Positions 29,095 to 39,029 are shown, numbered from the stretch's first letter. The stretch is 64,000 bases of DNA from Treponemataceae bacterium (GCA_963667725.2 CAXXHO010000007.1:59434-123433), one strand, 5' to 3'. Numbers and translations are program-made. The notes: generated by a model not told the origin, from the sequence alone.

Positions 29095-29610
29095 GTGAAA
29101 GAAGTTATGCGATACTATGCGCGGTGCAACAGGGAAATCAACGCGAACATGGCGAAGATCATCGGCGAGAAGGTTGAAAGCCCGATGAGTCTTGCCCTGA
29201 GGGGTTATTTCTTTCCGACGCTGGGGAAGCTGCTGGAGCATATTTTCATAGCCGATATGGTATGGATCAAGGCTTTCGGCACCGTCGACAGCTGCGGGCT
29301 CGATTTCGAAAAAGAGCTCGGGCCGACGCCGGACTATAAAGACGCCCTCTTCGCCGACTTCGATTCGTACCGGAAAAGGCGGGAGGCGTTGGACGCTTTC
29401 ATTGAGCGCTACGCCGAAAGAGTCGACGAGGGTTTCTTTGCAAAAAAGGTCGTGAGGGTGAACAGAAAGGGCGAGCGGACCGAAAAGGACGTGTGGAAGG
29501 CGGTGCTGCACTGCTTCAACCACCAGACGCATCACCGGGGACAGGTCAGCTGCATACTGGACGAACTCGGGATCGAGAACGATTATTCCAACATGATTCG
29601 GATAGAGTGA
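29095..29610 (+). CDS. DinB family protein
   Basis: L.HI..AD..W; H.FNHQTHHRGQ. Confidence 0.9.
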   Translation: MKEVMRYYARCNREINANMAKIIGEKVESPMSLALRGYFFPTLGKLLEHIFIADMVWIKAFGTVDSCGLDFEKELGPTPDYKDALFADFDSYRKRREALDAFIERYAERVDEGFFAKKVVRVNRKGERTEKDVWKAVLHCFNHQTHHRGQVSCILDELGIENDYSNMIRIE

Positions 29611-30221
29611 TGCGGAGAGATGGCTTGAAGGTGAAGACAGCTTCGGTTATTTTGGCGCATCCATATGAGAAGAGCTTCAACCATGCGATTTTCGCGACTG
29701 CGTCGGCGGCGTTGAGCGCGCGCGGAATTTCGGTTTTCGCCCACGATCTCTACGCGGAACGCTTCGATCCGGTGCTCACGCGCGCCGAACTCGGCAAGGA
29801 AGCGACGGCCGATCCTCTCGCGGCGAGGTACATAGAGGAGCTCGTCGCGTCGGACCTGCTGGTGTTCATCCATCCGAACTGGTGGGGACAGCCTCCCGCC
29901 ATGATGAAGGGCTACATCGACCGCGTTTTCAGGCCTCCCTACGCCTACGACTACGAGGAAAGCGCGGCGGGCCTGGCCGAGACGATACAAAAACTGGGCG
30001 GCAAGATAGGTGTCGTCTTCAATACGTCGAACACCGAGGAGCGCCGCGAGCTCGAGTATTTCCACGATCCGCTGGAATATGAGTGGATGAGATGCGTTTT
30101 CGGCTTTTGCGGGATCGAGCGCGGCTCGAGGCGGATGTTCCGGGTCGTGGCGGAGAGCAGCGCGGAAGAGCGGACCGCGTGGCTCGAGCAGGTGAAGGGC
30201 GATATCGAAAGATATCTGTAG
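29610..30221 (+). CDS. Flavodoxin-like NAD(P)H dehydrogenase (quinone)
   Basis: AHP...SFNHA; DLY.E.FDP; HPNWWGQPPA.MKG.IDRV; start may be 29631. Confidence 0.9.
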   Translation: MRRDGLKVKTASVILAHPYEKSFNHAIFATASAALSARGISVFAHDLYAERFDPVLTRAELGKEATADPLAARYIEELVASDLLVFIHPNWWGQPPAMMKGYIDRVFRPPYAYDYEESAAGLAETIQKLGGKIGVVFNTSNTEERRELEYFHDPLEYEWMRCVFGFCGIERGSRRMFRVVAESSAEERTAWLEQVKGDIERYL

Positions 30222-30243
30222 CGTTCCAAGCGCGGACGCTGCG

Positions 30244-30621
30244 ATGGGGGTGGCAATGGCGGCGGTACGGATGGAAAAGATTGAATCGACGCTGCGCCTC
30301 GCCATTGAATTCCGCGCCAGGCTGGCGCGGGAGGATTTCGACGGAGCCGTCGCATTGTTGAGCGACCAGTGCCGCATCGACGCGCCGGAAGGGGTTTTCG
30401 CGGGCAGGGAAGAGGCGAGACGATATTTTGCGCGCCGCGCGGGCGAGCTGCGCGGAACGGCTCAAGAGGTCGAGGAAATTTTCGGGATGGGATTCCGGTG
30501 CATCGTGCGACTCAGGGACGGGAATCGACGGAGCCTTGAACTATTCAAGGAAGAGCGCGGCGCGTTGAGCGAGATCCTGATTTACGCAAAGGACGCGCCG
30601 GCGGACACAATTCGGGGGTGA
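30244..30621 (+). CDS. NTF2/SnoaL-like protein
   Basis: D.DG...LL; GREE.R.YF; start uncertain. Confidence 0.6.
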   Translation: MGVAMAAVRMEKIESTLRLAIEFRARLAREDFDGAVALLSDQCRIDAPEGVFAGREEARRYFARRAGELRGTAQEVEEIFGMGFRCIVRLRDGNRRSLELFKEERGALSEILIYAKDAPADTIRG

Positions 30622-30624
30622 GGA

Positions 30625-30831
30625 TTGGAATTCTTGTGGACATTCGAGAGCAACGAAAAAGCGGAGCCGCTCATCATAAGCCTGCAGAACAAGGCCATAG
30701 CTTTCGAGCTGCAGTCGAAAGGCAAACAGGGGAAGGGTGGCGGCGACGTGTCCATCTACGTGGCGGAAGAAGATTACGTAGTCGCCAAGAAACTGTTGAT
30801 GAAGCATCGCAAGCGGAAGCCGAGCGCTTGA
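30625..30831 (+). CDS. Small hypothetical protein (DUF2007-like)
   Basis: IYVAEEDY..AK.LL; GAGG SD before TTG. Confidence 0.6.
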   Translation: MEFLWTFESNEKAEPLIISLQNKAIAFELQSKGKQGKGGGDVSIYVAEEDYVVAKKLLMKHRKRKPSA

Positions 30832-30894
30832 GGCCGGTCCCGCGGGGCTCGGTTCGGGCGCCCGGCATTCCGCCGGAAAGGGGACATCCGGGGA

Positions 30895-31545
30895 CTAGTC
30901 GCGCGGTTTGCCGGCCGCGCCGAGTTTTTCGCGATCGATGAGCGCCCCTTTGAGCGCGGAGCCCCAGCGGTAACCTCCCAAGGTTCCAGACGCCGCGACG
31001 ACGCGATGGCAGGGCACGAAGATCGCGATCGGATTGGCGCCGACGGCGGAGCCCACCGCTCTCGCGGCTTTCGGACGGCCGAGCGATGCGGCGAGTTCGC
31101 CGTAGGTGACGAGGCTGCCCGAGGGAATCGCCAGGAGTTTTTGCCACACCGCGATCTGGAACGCGGTGCCGCGGAGATGAAGGGGCAGGGAACCGCGGCC
31201 GCCGGCCGGCGGGAGGCCCGAGACGGCTGCCTTGAAAGCGGCCGCCAGCGGGGCGGCAACGGACGAGGCAGGCCCGTCGGCGATAAGGTTCGCGTCGCTC
31301 CATCGGACGGCGAGAGCCGCGAGAAGAGCTTCAATTCTGGGGGTGTGGGAAGCTCCCGCCTCGCCGAGAAATTCCAGGGCGCAGAGGCCGAACGGCGTGG
31401 TGGCGGCAAGCGCCGCTCCGAAAGGGGTTTCCTGGATGGACCAGCGGATATCGAAACCGCGCGCGGGGCTGACTGGTTCCGCCGGCGCGGAGACTCCGGT
31501 CGTCGCAACGACGTCGGAAAAACGAATGCGTTTCATCGAAGCCAT
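30895..31545 (-). CDS. ogt: Methylated-DNA--protein-cysteine methyltransferase
   Basis: GT.FQ..VW..L..IP.G...TYG; ARAVG.A...NP....VPCHRV; GGAGG SD. Confidence 0.9.
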   Translation of the reverse strand: MASMKRIRFSDVVATTGVSAPAEPVSPARGFDIRWSIQETPFGAALAATTPFGLCALEFLGEAGASHTPRIEALLAALAVRWSDANLIADGPASSVAAPLAAAFKAAVSGLPPAGGRGSLPLHLRGTAFQIAVWQKLLAIPSGSLVTYGELAASLGRPKAARAVGSAVGANPIAIFVPCHRVVAASGTLGGYRWGSALKGALIDREKLGAAGKPRD

Positions 31546-31640
31546 CGGCAGCCTCCTGATTCCATAACAATATTCCAGCCTGGGGAAAATTTCCACCGGG
31601 CGTTGCCGAAGCGGGGGATGGAGAGTAGGATGTTCGGCAA

Positions 31641-32519
31641 GTGAGGGTTCCGATGCCATCGAGAGAGCGAAGCCGCGCGGCCGCCGTGGCGGCGGTGCTC
31701 GTCGCGACCGTGCTGGGCGCTTCGAGCGGACTGTACATAAAGGGGCTGGCCTTTTCCGGGCTCGCGCTCAGCGGACTGCGGATGGCGGTGCCTTTCGTCT
31801 TCGCCATGCCTTTCGCGGCGCGCCACAAGCTTCTGCTAGGTCGCCCCGGCATGCGGAAGAACCTTTTCCTGGTGAGCGCGATGAACGCGGTCCGCCTCTA
31901 TCTGTATATCCTCGCGTACAAGCTGACCGCCATCGGGAACGCCGTGGTGCTGCTCTACCTTTGGCCCGTATTCGCCCTTCTGATCGAGAGCGCGCGCGGG
32001 AAGAAGAGGCTGAGCGCCGCGAAGCTCGGGATACTCGCCCTGGCCACGGGCGGGGTGATCGCGATGAATATCGACAAGCGCTTTTCCCTGTCGGAGAGCG
32101 ATATCGCGGGCAGCCTCTGCATGATCGCCTCGGCCCTCATCTTCGCCTGGAGCACGATCATCTTCAAAGGCGCGCTGGCGGAAATCGACGAGATCGATGC
32201 GGTGTACTTCCAGAACGGTGTCGGCGCGATCGTATTCCTGCCCTTCCTCCTCGCGGAGATTTCCGGCGCGCCGCCGGTCCATCTCGGCATCGGGATCGTC
32301 TACGGCCTGGCGGTGGGACTTGTGGGCTTTGGCCTCTATTTCGTGGGCATGAAACGGCTTCCGCTGTTCCAGTACAGCGCGCTCTCCTATTTCGAGATTC
32401 CATCCGGCCTGCTGATGGGGATGATCTTCAGGGGAGAGGCCATGACGGTCGGCCGCGCCGTCGGCGTAGCGCTGATCTTCGCCGGAAGTTTCATGGCCAT
32501 GCGGCTTCGGCTTTCTTGA
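31641..32519 (+). CDS. EamA/DMT family transporter
   Basis: About 10 TM helices, duplicated halves; L.YL.P.F. Confidence 0.85.
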   Translation: MRVPMPSRERSRAAAVAAVLVATVLGASSGLYIKGLAFSGLALSGLRMAVPFVFAMPFAARHKLLLGRPGMRKNLFLVSAMNAVRLYLYILAYKLTAIGNAVVLLYLWPVFALLIESARGKKRLSAAKLGILALATGGVIAMNIDKRFSLSESDIAGSLCMIASALIFAWSTIIFKGALAEIDEIDAVYFQNGVGAIVFLPFLLAEISGAPPVHLGIGIVYGLAVGLVGFGLYFVGMKRLPLFQYSALSYFEIPSGLLMGMIFRGEAMTVGRAVGVALIFAGSFMAMRLRLS

Positions 32520-32529
32520 GGGCGAGATC

Positions 32530-32907
32530 ATGAATTTTACGCTGCTGAGGGAGAGATATTCGGTCTGCCGATATGGTCCGGAGGAGCTGCCGGCCCTCGA
32601 TTTCAGCGGGCAGGAATTGATCTGCGTGGCGAAGACGGCGGATGAAACCTCGGTAGTCTGCCGCTCCGGCATGGCGGCGGGCGCGGCGCGCGTCGAGGAC
32701 GGGTGGCGGGCTCTGCGGATCGACGGCCCCCTCGATTTCGGACTCGTGGGGATCCTCGCGGAAGCGAGCGGGCGCCTCGCCTCGGCGGGCGTCAGCATCT
32801 TCGCGCTGTCCACTTTCGATACGGATTATATCCTCGTGAAGGAAGCGCGCCTGGGGGAGGCGCTCGCCGCATTGAAGGCGGGCGGCCACGCCGTGGCGTC
32901 GCCGTGA
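32530..32907 (+). CDS. ACT domain protein
   Basis: T.DE.SVVC; GPLDF.LVGILA; SIFA.STFDTDYILVK. Confidence 0.9.
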   Translation: MNFTLLRERYSVCRYGPEELPALDFSGQELICVAKTADETSVVCRSGMAAGAARVEDGWRALRIDGPLDFGLVGILAEASGRLASAGVSIFALSTFDTDYILVKEARLGEALAALKAGGHAVASP

Positions 32908-32981
32908 GCGGGCGGGGACGCGGGAGGAACCGAGCGTCCCGCCTAGCAGAATTTTGCGCCATGAGGTATGATTGACTCGCG

Positions 32982-34370
32982 ATGCATCTGAAGTTTCTCC
33001 ATCAATCGACGCAGGAGCGGAGAGAGCTCATCCTGAACGGCTCAATCTGGCGCAGCGTCATATTCCTCTCCATCCCCAGCCTCATGCTCGGCATCGTGCA
33101 GTCGCTCATGCCGCTCATGGACGGGCTTTTCGTCAACAATATCGCGGGGACGCTGGTGGCTTCCGCCGTGACGTTCTCGGAACCCGTGATCAACATGATG
33201 ACGGCGCTCGCCCAGGGCCTGAGCGTCGCGGCCATGGCGATCATCGGCCAGCTGAACGGCAGGGGGGACTTCGTCCAGTCGAAGCGGACCTCGACGCAGA
33301 TCGTCGTCGCGGGGTCGGTGCTCGGGTGCGCGTCGGCGCCCCTGCTGATAGGGGCGGGGGCGATAATCTCGCGATCCGTCAACGCGCAGATATCGCACAA
33401 CGTTTTTCTCTACCTGTCCCTGTACGCGCTCGTGCTGCCGTTCTCCTTCATGGAATCCATCTACAACGGCATAAAGAACGCCAACGGGCAGCCGGAGGCC
33501 CCCTTCATCCGCATGATCATCATGCTGATGCTGAAAATCGTCTTCAACGTGATTTTCATCTACTGGTTCCGGCTTGGAATCGTCGGATGCGCGCTTTCCT
33601 CGCTGCTGGCGAACTTCTCGGTGACGCTCTGGATGTTCCACGAGCTTTTTGTCAAGAAAGGTCCGGATCGGCTCGAGCTGAGGGGCTTCGGGTTCGATCC
33701 GGAGATATTGATGCAGCTCGCGCGGATCGGCGCGCCGGCGATGCTGAATTCCTTCCTCCTCAACCTGGGCTTCTTCCTGATAAACAGCGAGACGCAGAAA
33801 TACGGGCCTGTGGTGCTGAACGGGCAGGGGATAGCGGGCAACATTTCGGCCGTGTGCTTCAACCTGCCGGGAGCCTTCAGCGCGGCGGCCACGACCATGG
33901 TGAGCATGAATGTCGGCGCGGGGAATTCGGCGAAGGCGAAGCGATCCTGCCTCTATGCCTGCGCGGTGAGCGCGATCACCGCTGTGTCGGTCATCGCGGT
34001 GGTGGTGCCGCTGTCCTCGCGGCTGACGATCCTCTTCACGAGGCAGGCAGACGTCCTCGAGATCGCGAACCGGGCGCTGCACATCTACACCTATTCGGTA
34101 GTGGGCTTCGGGCTGTGCATGACCGTGCAGGGAGCCTTCATCGGGCTTGGAAAGACGAGGGTCCCGCTGATGCTCGGCATCCTCCGCATCTGGCTGTTCC
34201 GCTATATCTTCATCCTGGCGACCGAGCACTACCTGAAGTTTTACGCCGTGTTCTGGGGGAACCTCTTTTCCAATTACGCGGCGGCGCTGCTGGCGTTGGC
34301 GCTGATCTCGCGGGTGAAGTGGGTGTCGACCATTTCGGTGCGCGGCGCGGAACTCATTCATCATCCATGA
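32982..34370 (+). CDS. MATE family efflux transporter
   Basis: About 12 TM helices; IP..L......D.LFV; Q..G.G; G..G.A. Confidence 0.88.
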   Translation: MHLKFLHQSTQERRELILNGSIWRSVIFLSIPSLMLGIVQSLMPLMDGLFVNNIAGTLVASAVTFSEPVINMMTALAQGLSVAAMAIIGQLNGRGDFVQSKRTSTQIVVAGSVLGCASAPLLIGAGAIISRSVNAQISHNVFLYLSLYALVLPFSFMESIYNGIKNANGQPEAPFIRMIIMLMLKIVFNVIFIYWFRLGIVGCALSSLLANFSVTLWMFHELFVKKGPDRLELRGFGFDPEILMQLARIGAPAMLNSFLLNLGFFLINSETQKYGPVVLNGQGIAGNISAVCFNLPGAFSAAATTMVSMNVGAGNSAKAKRSCLYACAVSAITAVSVIAVVVPLSSRLTILFTRQADVLEIANRALHIYTYSVVGFGLCMTVQGAFIGLGKTRVPLMLGILRIWLFRYIFILATEHYLKFYAVFWGNLFSNYAAALLALALISRVKWVSTISVRGAELIHHP

Positions 34371-35337
34371 TGACGCGGGCTTGATCCCGGAAATCTTCGA
34401 GTTCGCCGATCCAGAAGGCGCGGCCGCCCCAATCGGGGTAGTCGCGCTTGAACCATTGGTCATCGCGCTGGAGCGATCGCCAGGCGAGGAAATGCAGCAT
34501 GCGGTAGAATCGCAGCGTCTCGATGGCGCGCACGCTGCCCGCCTCGAGTTCGGCGAATTCCGCGTATCCTTCGAGGAGGAGGGAGCGCTCCCGCGAGGCT
34601 TCGTCGCCGCGGTCCGGCAGGAGGAGCCAGAGGTCCTGGACGGGCGGGCCGACCATCATGTCGTCGAAGTCGAGGAGGAGGAGGCCTTCGCCGGGGCGTG
34701 ACAGGATGTTGCCGCGGTGAAGGTCCCCGTGGATCCGCCTCGTGCCGAGCGAGGCGACTTCGTCGGCGGTCAGGGCGATGGTGTCGCGGCAGAGTTCCGC
34801 GAACTCCGACCTGAATTCGGGATGGACGAGGGGCTCGACGACGTCGAGGTTGGAGAGCGCGAGCCTTGGGCCGAGGGTCGGCCGCGCCGCGGCGCCCCGC
34901 TTGGCGCCGACGACGTGCAGCCTGCCGGCGAGGGCGCCGAGGCGGAGCCAGTCGTCGTCCGATTCGGCGTCGAAGCTGCGGCCGCCCCGTTTTGGAAAGA
35001 GCGCGAAGAAAAAAACGGTGTCGTCGTCATCGTTGAGGGCAATAGCGGGGAGGGTGTCGCCGTCGAGGCCGGGCAGCGGCGCCACGACGGGAAGCTCGGC
35101 CTCCGCGCAGTCGGCGAGGAAGCGATGCTCCTCGAGGATGGCTTCCTCCGACCAGCGCCCCGGCCTGTAGAATTTTACGACATAATCCTTCTCGTCCTCG
35201 CCGCGGAAGCCGTAGACTCGGTTCACGTAGCTCGAATAGGGCCAGAGGCCGCCCTCCGGCCTGATGCCGTAGGCCACCTCGACGGACTCGAAGACGGCTT
35301 CGGGAGAGAGGGCGTCGAAGGCGCCGGCGCGGCTCAC
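34354..35337 (-). CDS. srkA: Stress-response Ser/Thr kinase (SrkA/RdoA/YihE)
   Basis: SY.NRVY; KFYRPGRWS..AI.EEH.F; RIHGDLH.GN; DFDD; QDLW; GTG start overlaps the ABC-F stop. Confidence 0.88.
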   Translation of the reverse strand: MSRAGAFDALSPEAVFESVEVAYGIRPEGGLWPYSSYVNRVYGFRGEDEKDYVVKFYRPGRWSEEAILEEHRFLADCAEAELPVVAPLPGLDGDTLPAIALNDDDDTVFFFALFPKRGGRSFDAESDDDWLRLGALAGRLHVVGAKRGAAARPTLGPRLALSNLDVVEPLVHPEFRSEFAELCRDTIALTADEVASLGTRRIHGDLHRGNILSRPGEGLLLLDFDDMMVGPPVQDLWLLLPDRGDEASRERSLLLEGYAEFAELEAGSVRAIETLRFYRMLHFLAWRSLQRDDQWFKRDYPDWGGRAFWIGELEDFRDQARVIMDDE

Positions 35338-37250
35338 GAATCGGCCTCCCGCTGGGCGAGCAGCTCCCAGCGCGACGTCTTGGCGTCGATGAGCGAGACG
35401 ACTTCGTCGTAGCGCTCGTGGGCTTTTCGGATTTCCGCGGGCGCGGAGCCAGGTTTGGCGAAGAGGGATTCGAGGGTGGCCTTTTCCGTTTCGAGCGCGT
35501 CGATTTCCGGGAGGATGGCGTCGAATTCCCGCCTCTCGGCGTAGCTGAGCTTCTTTTTCCTGGGTGTGGCGGCGATGTCCGCGGGGGCGGACGAGCCGGG
35601 AGCGTCCGCCGAGGAGGAGGGCTTGTCTTTCGCCTGCGCTTTCTTCCTGCCATCCTGTCCGGTTTTGCCCTCGGCTTCGGCGGCGGCCGCGGCGTCGAGG
35701 CTGGCCTTCCACTCGAGATAGGAGCCGTTGAAGGGCCGCACCTTCCCGCTGCCGTCCAGGACGAGGAGGAAGCGCGCGATGCGGTCCAGGAAGGCGCGAT
35801 CGTGGGAGACGGCGACGATGCAGCCCTGGAAACCTTCGAGAAAGTCTTCAAGCGCCTCGATCGTATCGATGTCGAGATCGTTGGTGGGCTCGTCGAGGAG
35901 GAGGACGTTGGGCGCCTCGGCCAGCACGCGCACGAGCTGCAGACGTCGGCGTTCGCCTCCCGAAAGGCGCCCTATGGGCATGGCCTGGAAGTCGCGGTTG
36001 AAGCCGAAGCGCTCGAGGAGGAGGACGGCGTCCTGCGCCGCGCCGTCCGACATGCGCACGCGCTCGGCGTGGACGCGTATGTAATCGATCACCGAGACCG
36101 CGGGATCGGCGTCGTCTGCTGTCTGTTCGAAGCAGGAGACGCGGACCGTGTCGCCGCGCTCGACCGAGCCGGACGAGGGGGAGATCTCGCCGGTGATCAG
36201 CTTGAGCAGGCTCGTCTTGCCCGATCCGTTGGGGCCGACGATGCCGAGCCGCGCCCCGGGGGCGATGACGTATTCCGCCTGATCGAGGACGGTCCGATCC
36301 CCATAGCGCACGGACGCTTTCTTGAGGAGTACGGCTTTTTTCCCCAGCCGGCTCTCGGCGGAGGAGAAAACGAAGCTCGAGGGAGGGCGCTCGAGGCCGG
36401 CCGCCTGCATGGCGCGTATCTCGTCCTTCCGGCGCTCGCTCTTGGTCGCCCGGGCGCGGGCGCCGCGCATGAGCCAGGCGAGTTCGATCTTCAGGTTGGC
36501 CAATCGCCGATTCTCGGCGGCTTCCGCTGCCGCCCAACGCTCAGCCTTGCGCCCGAGATAGGCGCTGTAGTTGCCCGGGTGCCGGTAGACGCGGCGCTTG
36601 TCGATTTCCAGGATCGAATCGGCGACGCTGTCCAGGAACCAGCGGTCGTGGGTGACGAGGATGAAGGCGAACTTGGCGGCGAGCAGGCGGGATTCGAGCC
36701 ACTCGATCGTGTCCAGGTCCAGATGATTCGTGGGCTCGTCGAGGAGGACGAGGTCGGCTTTGGGCGCGAGAGTCCTGGCCAGCGCCGCTTTCTTGATCTC
36801 GCCGCCCGACATGGTCGACAAGAGCCTTTCCGTGTCTTCGAGCCCCAATTCGGCGCAGAGCGCGGCGTAGCGGTTTTCGAGGGGCACGGGGCCGTAGGCT
36901 TCGAGTTCTTTTTCAATGTGGGCGAGCTGCGCGCCCGCGGCGCGGCGGGCGCGATCGTTGAGCGCGATTTCGGGAGCGCGGCCGCCGTAGAGGAATTCCG
37001 CGATGGTCGTTTCGGCCCCGAAGGCGGGCATCTGCTCGAGGATGGAGACGGCGAGGCCGCGGCGCCTGGCCAGCTCGCCCCTGTCCGCGGGCAGGTCGCC
37101 GGCGATGAGCCTGAGGAGGGTGGTCTTGCCGGTGCCGTTCCTGCCGACGAGGCCGAGCCGCTCGCCGGCATCGATGCCGAGGTCGAGATTTTCGAAAAGG
37201 AAGCCGTCTTTCAGCGCGACGGCGGCGTCCGAGATGGAGAGGATGTTCAT
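35334..37250 (-). CDS. uup: ABC-F ATPase, Uup-like
   Basis: Two ABC cassettes (GRNGTGKT, GPNGSGKT; LLDEPTN twice); C-terminal KKLSY.E.RE coiled coil. Confidence 0.88.
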   Translation of the reverse strand: MNILSISDAAVALKDGFLFENLDLGIDAGERLGLVGRNGTGKTTLLRLIAGDLPADRGELARRRGLAVSILEQMPAFGAETTIAEFLYGGRAPEIALNDRARRAAGAQLAHIEKELEAYGPVPLENRYAALCAELGLEDTERLLSTMSGGEIKKAALARTLAPKADLVLLDEPTNHLDLDTIEWLESRLLAAKFAFILVTHDRWFLDSVADSILEIDKRRVYRHPGNYSAYLGRKAERWAAAEAAENRRLANLKIELAWLMRGARARATKSERRKDEIRAMQAAGLERPPSSFVFSSAESRLGKKAVLLKKASVRYGDRTVLDQAEYVIAPGARLGIVGPNGSGKTSLLKLITGEISPSSGSVERGDTVRVSCFEQTADDADPAVSVIDYIRVHAERVRMSDGAAQDAVLLLERFGFNRDFQAMPIGRLSGGERRRLQLVRVLAEAPNVLLLDEPTNDLDIDTIEALEDFLEGFQGCIVAVSHDRAFLDRIARFLLVLDGSGKVRPFNGSYLEWKASLDAAAAAEAEGKTGQDGRKKAQAKDKPSSSADAPGSSAPADIAATPRKKKLSYAERREFDAILPEIDALETEKATLESLFAKPGSAPAEIRKAHERYDEVVSLIDAKTSRWELLAQREADS

Positions 37251-37393
37251 GCGCCTTCCACTATAGCACGTTGGCGGCCGGAGCTGCTACGCGGTGCGGC
37301 CGGCTGCGGCGCTGTCGGGAGCGGCGCGGCCCGTTCCGCCGCCGGGCGCCCGCGTGTATACTAGGCGCCAGCAAGCACGCGAGGAAGGATGCC

Positions 37394-38164
37394 GTGGATA
37401 TCGTCAGCTACAACAGAAAGGCCTGGACCAAGGAAGTCGCAGAAGGCAACAAGTGGACCCTCCCGGTCTCTCCGGAACTAGTGGCGGCGGCGCGGGCGGG
37501 AGACTGGTCGGTGCTGCTGACGCCGACGAAGCCCGTGCCGCGCGAGTGGTTCGGCGACCTGCGCGGCGTCGACCTGCTCTGCCTCGCCTCGGGCGGAGGA
37601 CAGCAGGGGCCGACCTTCGCGGCGGCCGGCGCCAAGGTGACCGTTTTCGACAACTGCCCCGCGCAACTGGCGGCGGACGAGATGGTGGCGAAACGCGAAG
37701 GGCTCGATATCGGGCTCGAGCAGGGCGACATGGCCGACTTGTCCAGATTCCCGGACGGCAGCTTCGACCTGATCTTCCATCCCGTGTCGAACATCTTCGT
37801 GGAGGACGTTAAGCCGGTGTGGAGGGAATGCGCGAGAGTGCTGCGGAAGGGCGGCAGCCTCCTCGCCGGGGTCGTGAACCCCCTCCTCTACATTTTCGAT
37901 CTCGAGGAATGGGACCGGAAAGGGACCTTGAGCGTGCGGTACAAGATTCCCTATTCCGATATCGCCCAACTTCCGCCGGAACTCCTCGCCTCGAGGATGG
38001 CCGCGGACGAAGCCCTGGAATTCGGGCACCCGCTCGCCGACCTGATAGGCGGACAGCTCGAGGCGGGATTCGCCCTGACTGGATTTTTCGAGGATTCCGG
38101 GGGCGGGGATCTGCTGGATCCCTATATCGACATTTTCATCGCCACGAGGGCGATCAAACTTTGA
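37394..38164 (+). CDS. Class I SAM-dependent methyltransferase
   Basis: LCLASGGGQQGP; GDM.DLS.F.D.SFDLIFHPVSN. Confidence 0.9.
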   Translation: MDIVSYNRKAWTKEVAEGNKWTLPVSPELVAAARAGDWSVLLTPTKPVPREWFGDLRGVDLLCLASGGGQQGPTFAAAGAKVTVFDNCPAQLAADEMVAKREGLDIGLEQGDMADLSRFPDGSFDLIFHPVSNIFVEDVKPVWRECARVLRKGGSLLAGVVNPLLYIFDLEEWDRKGTLSVRYKIPYSDIAQLPPELLASRMAADEALEFGHPLADLIGGQLEAGFALTGFFEDSGGGDLLDPYIDIFIATRAIKL

Positions 38165-38182
38165 CATCGGAGGTTCGACGCC

Positions 38183-38983
38183 ATGAAGAAGCTGTTCGTA
38201 AGCGCTGACATAGAGGGCACCTGCGGCATCGCAGACTGGAAGGAGACGGAGCTCGGCGAGGCGCAGAGCGAGTATTTCCGCGCCGAGATGACGAAGGAAG
38301 TCGCCGCCGCCTGCGAGGCGGCGATAGCGGCGGGGGCGGAGGACATCCTGGTGAAGGACGCCCACAGCAGCGGAAGGAATATCGATCCCTCCCGCCTGCC
38401 CGAGAAGGCGCGCATCCTGCGCTCCTGGACGCGGGACCCCCAGGTGATGATGGCCGGACTCGACTCGAGCTTCGAGGGCGTGCTCTTCACGGGGTACCAC
38501 TCTCCGGCGGGCTCCGACGGGAACCCCTTGGCGCACACGATGAACGGCGGCAACGTCTGGGTGAAGATCAACGGCGTGCAGGCGAGCGAGTTCCTGATCA
38601 ACGCATACACCGCGGCCTCGCTGAAGGTGCCGGTGCTCTTCCTCGCGGGCGACGAGGCGTTGTGCGCTTTCGCCGAGGGAATGGGCTGGGGGATACGCAC
38701 CGCGGCGGTGAGCAGGGGCGTCGGGAACGCCTCGATCTCGGTGCATCCCAATGTCGCGCAACGCATGATACGGGAGGGCGTGGCGGCGGCGATGGCGGGG
38801 CCCCCGGCGCTCGCGAGCCAGTACCTGCCGAGGCGGTTCGACATCGAGATACGCTTCAAGGAGCATTACCTGGCGCACCGGGGATCGTTCTTCCCCGGGG
38901 CGCAGAAGATCGGCACCCACGAGGTCGGGTTCAGCGCGTCGAACTGGCGCGACGCCCTCGTTTTCCTCTTTTTCGTGCTGTAG
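38183..38983 (+). CDS. M55 family D-aminopeptidase (DppA-like)
   Basis: SADIEG; DAH; GYH; LAHT. Confidence 0.9.
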   Translation: MKKLFVSADIEGTCGIADWKETELGEAQSEYFRAEMTKEVAAACEAAIAAGAEDILVKDAHSSGRNIDPSRLPEKARILRSWTRDPQVMMAGLDSSFEGVLFTGYHSPAGSDGNPLAHTMNGGNVWVKINGVQASEFLINAYTAASLKVPVLFLAGDEALCAFAEGMGWGIRTAAVSRGVGNASISVHPNVAQRMIREGVAAAMAGPPALASQYLPRRFDIEIRFKEHYLAHRGSFFPGAQKIGTHEVGFSASNWRDALVFLFFVL

Positions 38984-39029
38984 GCTTCGGTGGGCGAGCG
39001 GCCGCGACCGCGGCCGAAGGAGGTTCGCC

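Larger units (their letters stand above)
1..30831 (+). mobile_element. Integron gene-cassette array, distal part with progressively eroded attC sites; intI/attI not in window; right boundary approximate
   Basis: Related imperfect palindromes with AAC/GTT-type cores between single genes; about 50 co-oriented short genes typical of cassettes; inverted TA cassette; low GC at left. Confidence 0.85.

Noticed and set aside
24000..31000. Chimeric assembly joining a low-GC and a high-GC genome
   Set aside because: Composition changes gradually over more than 20 kb, and gene orientation and paralog families continue across it; read coverage should still be checked
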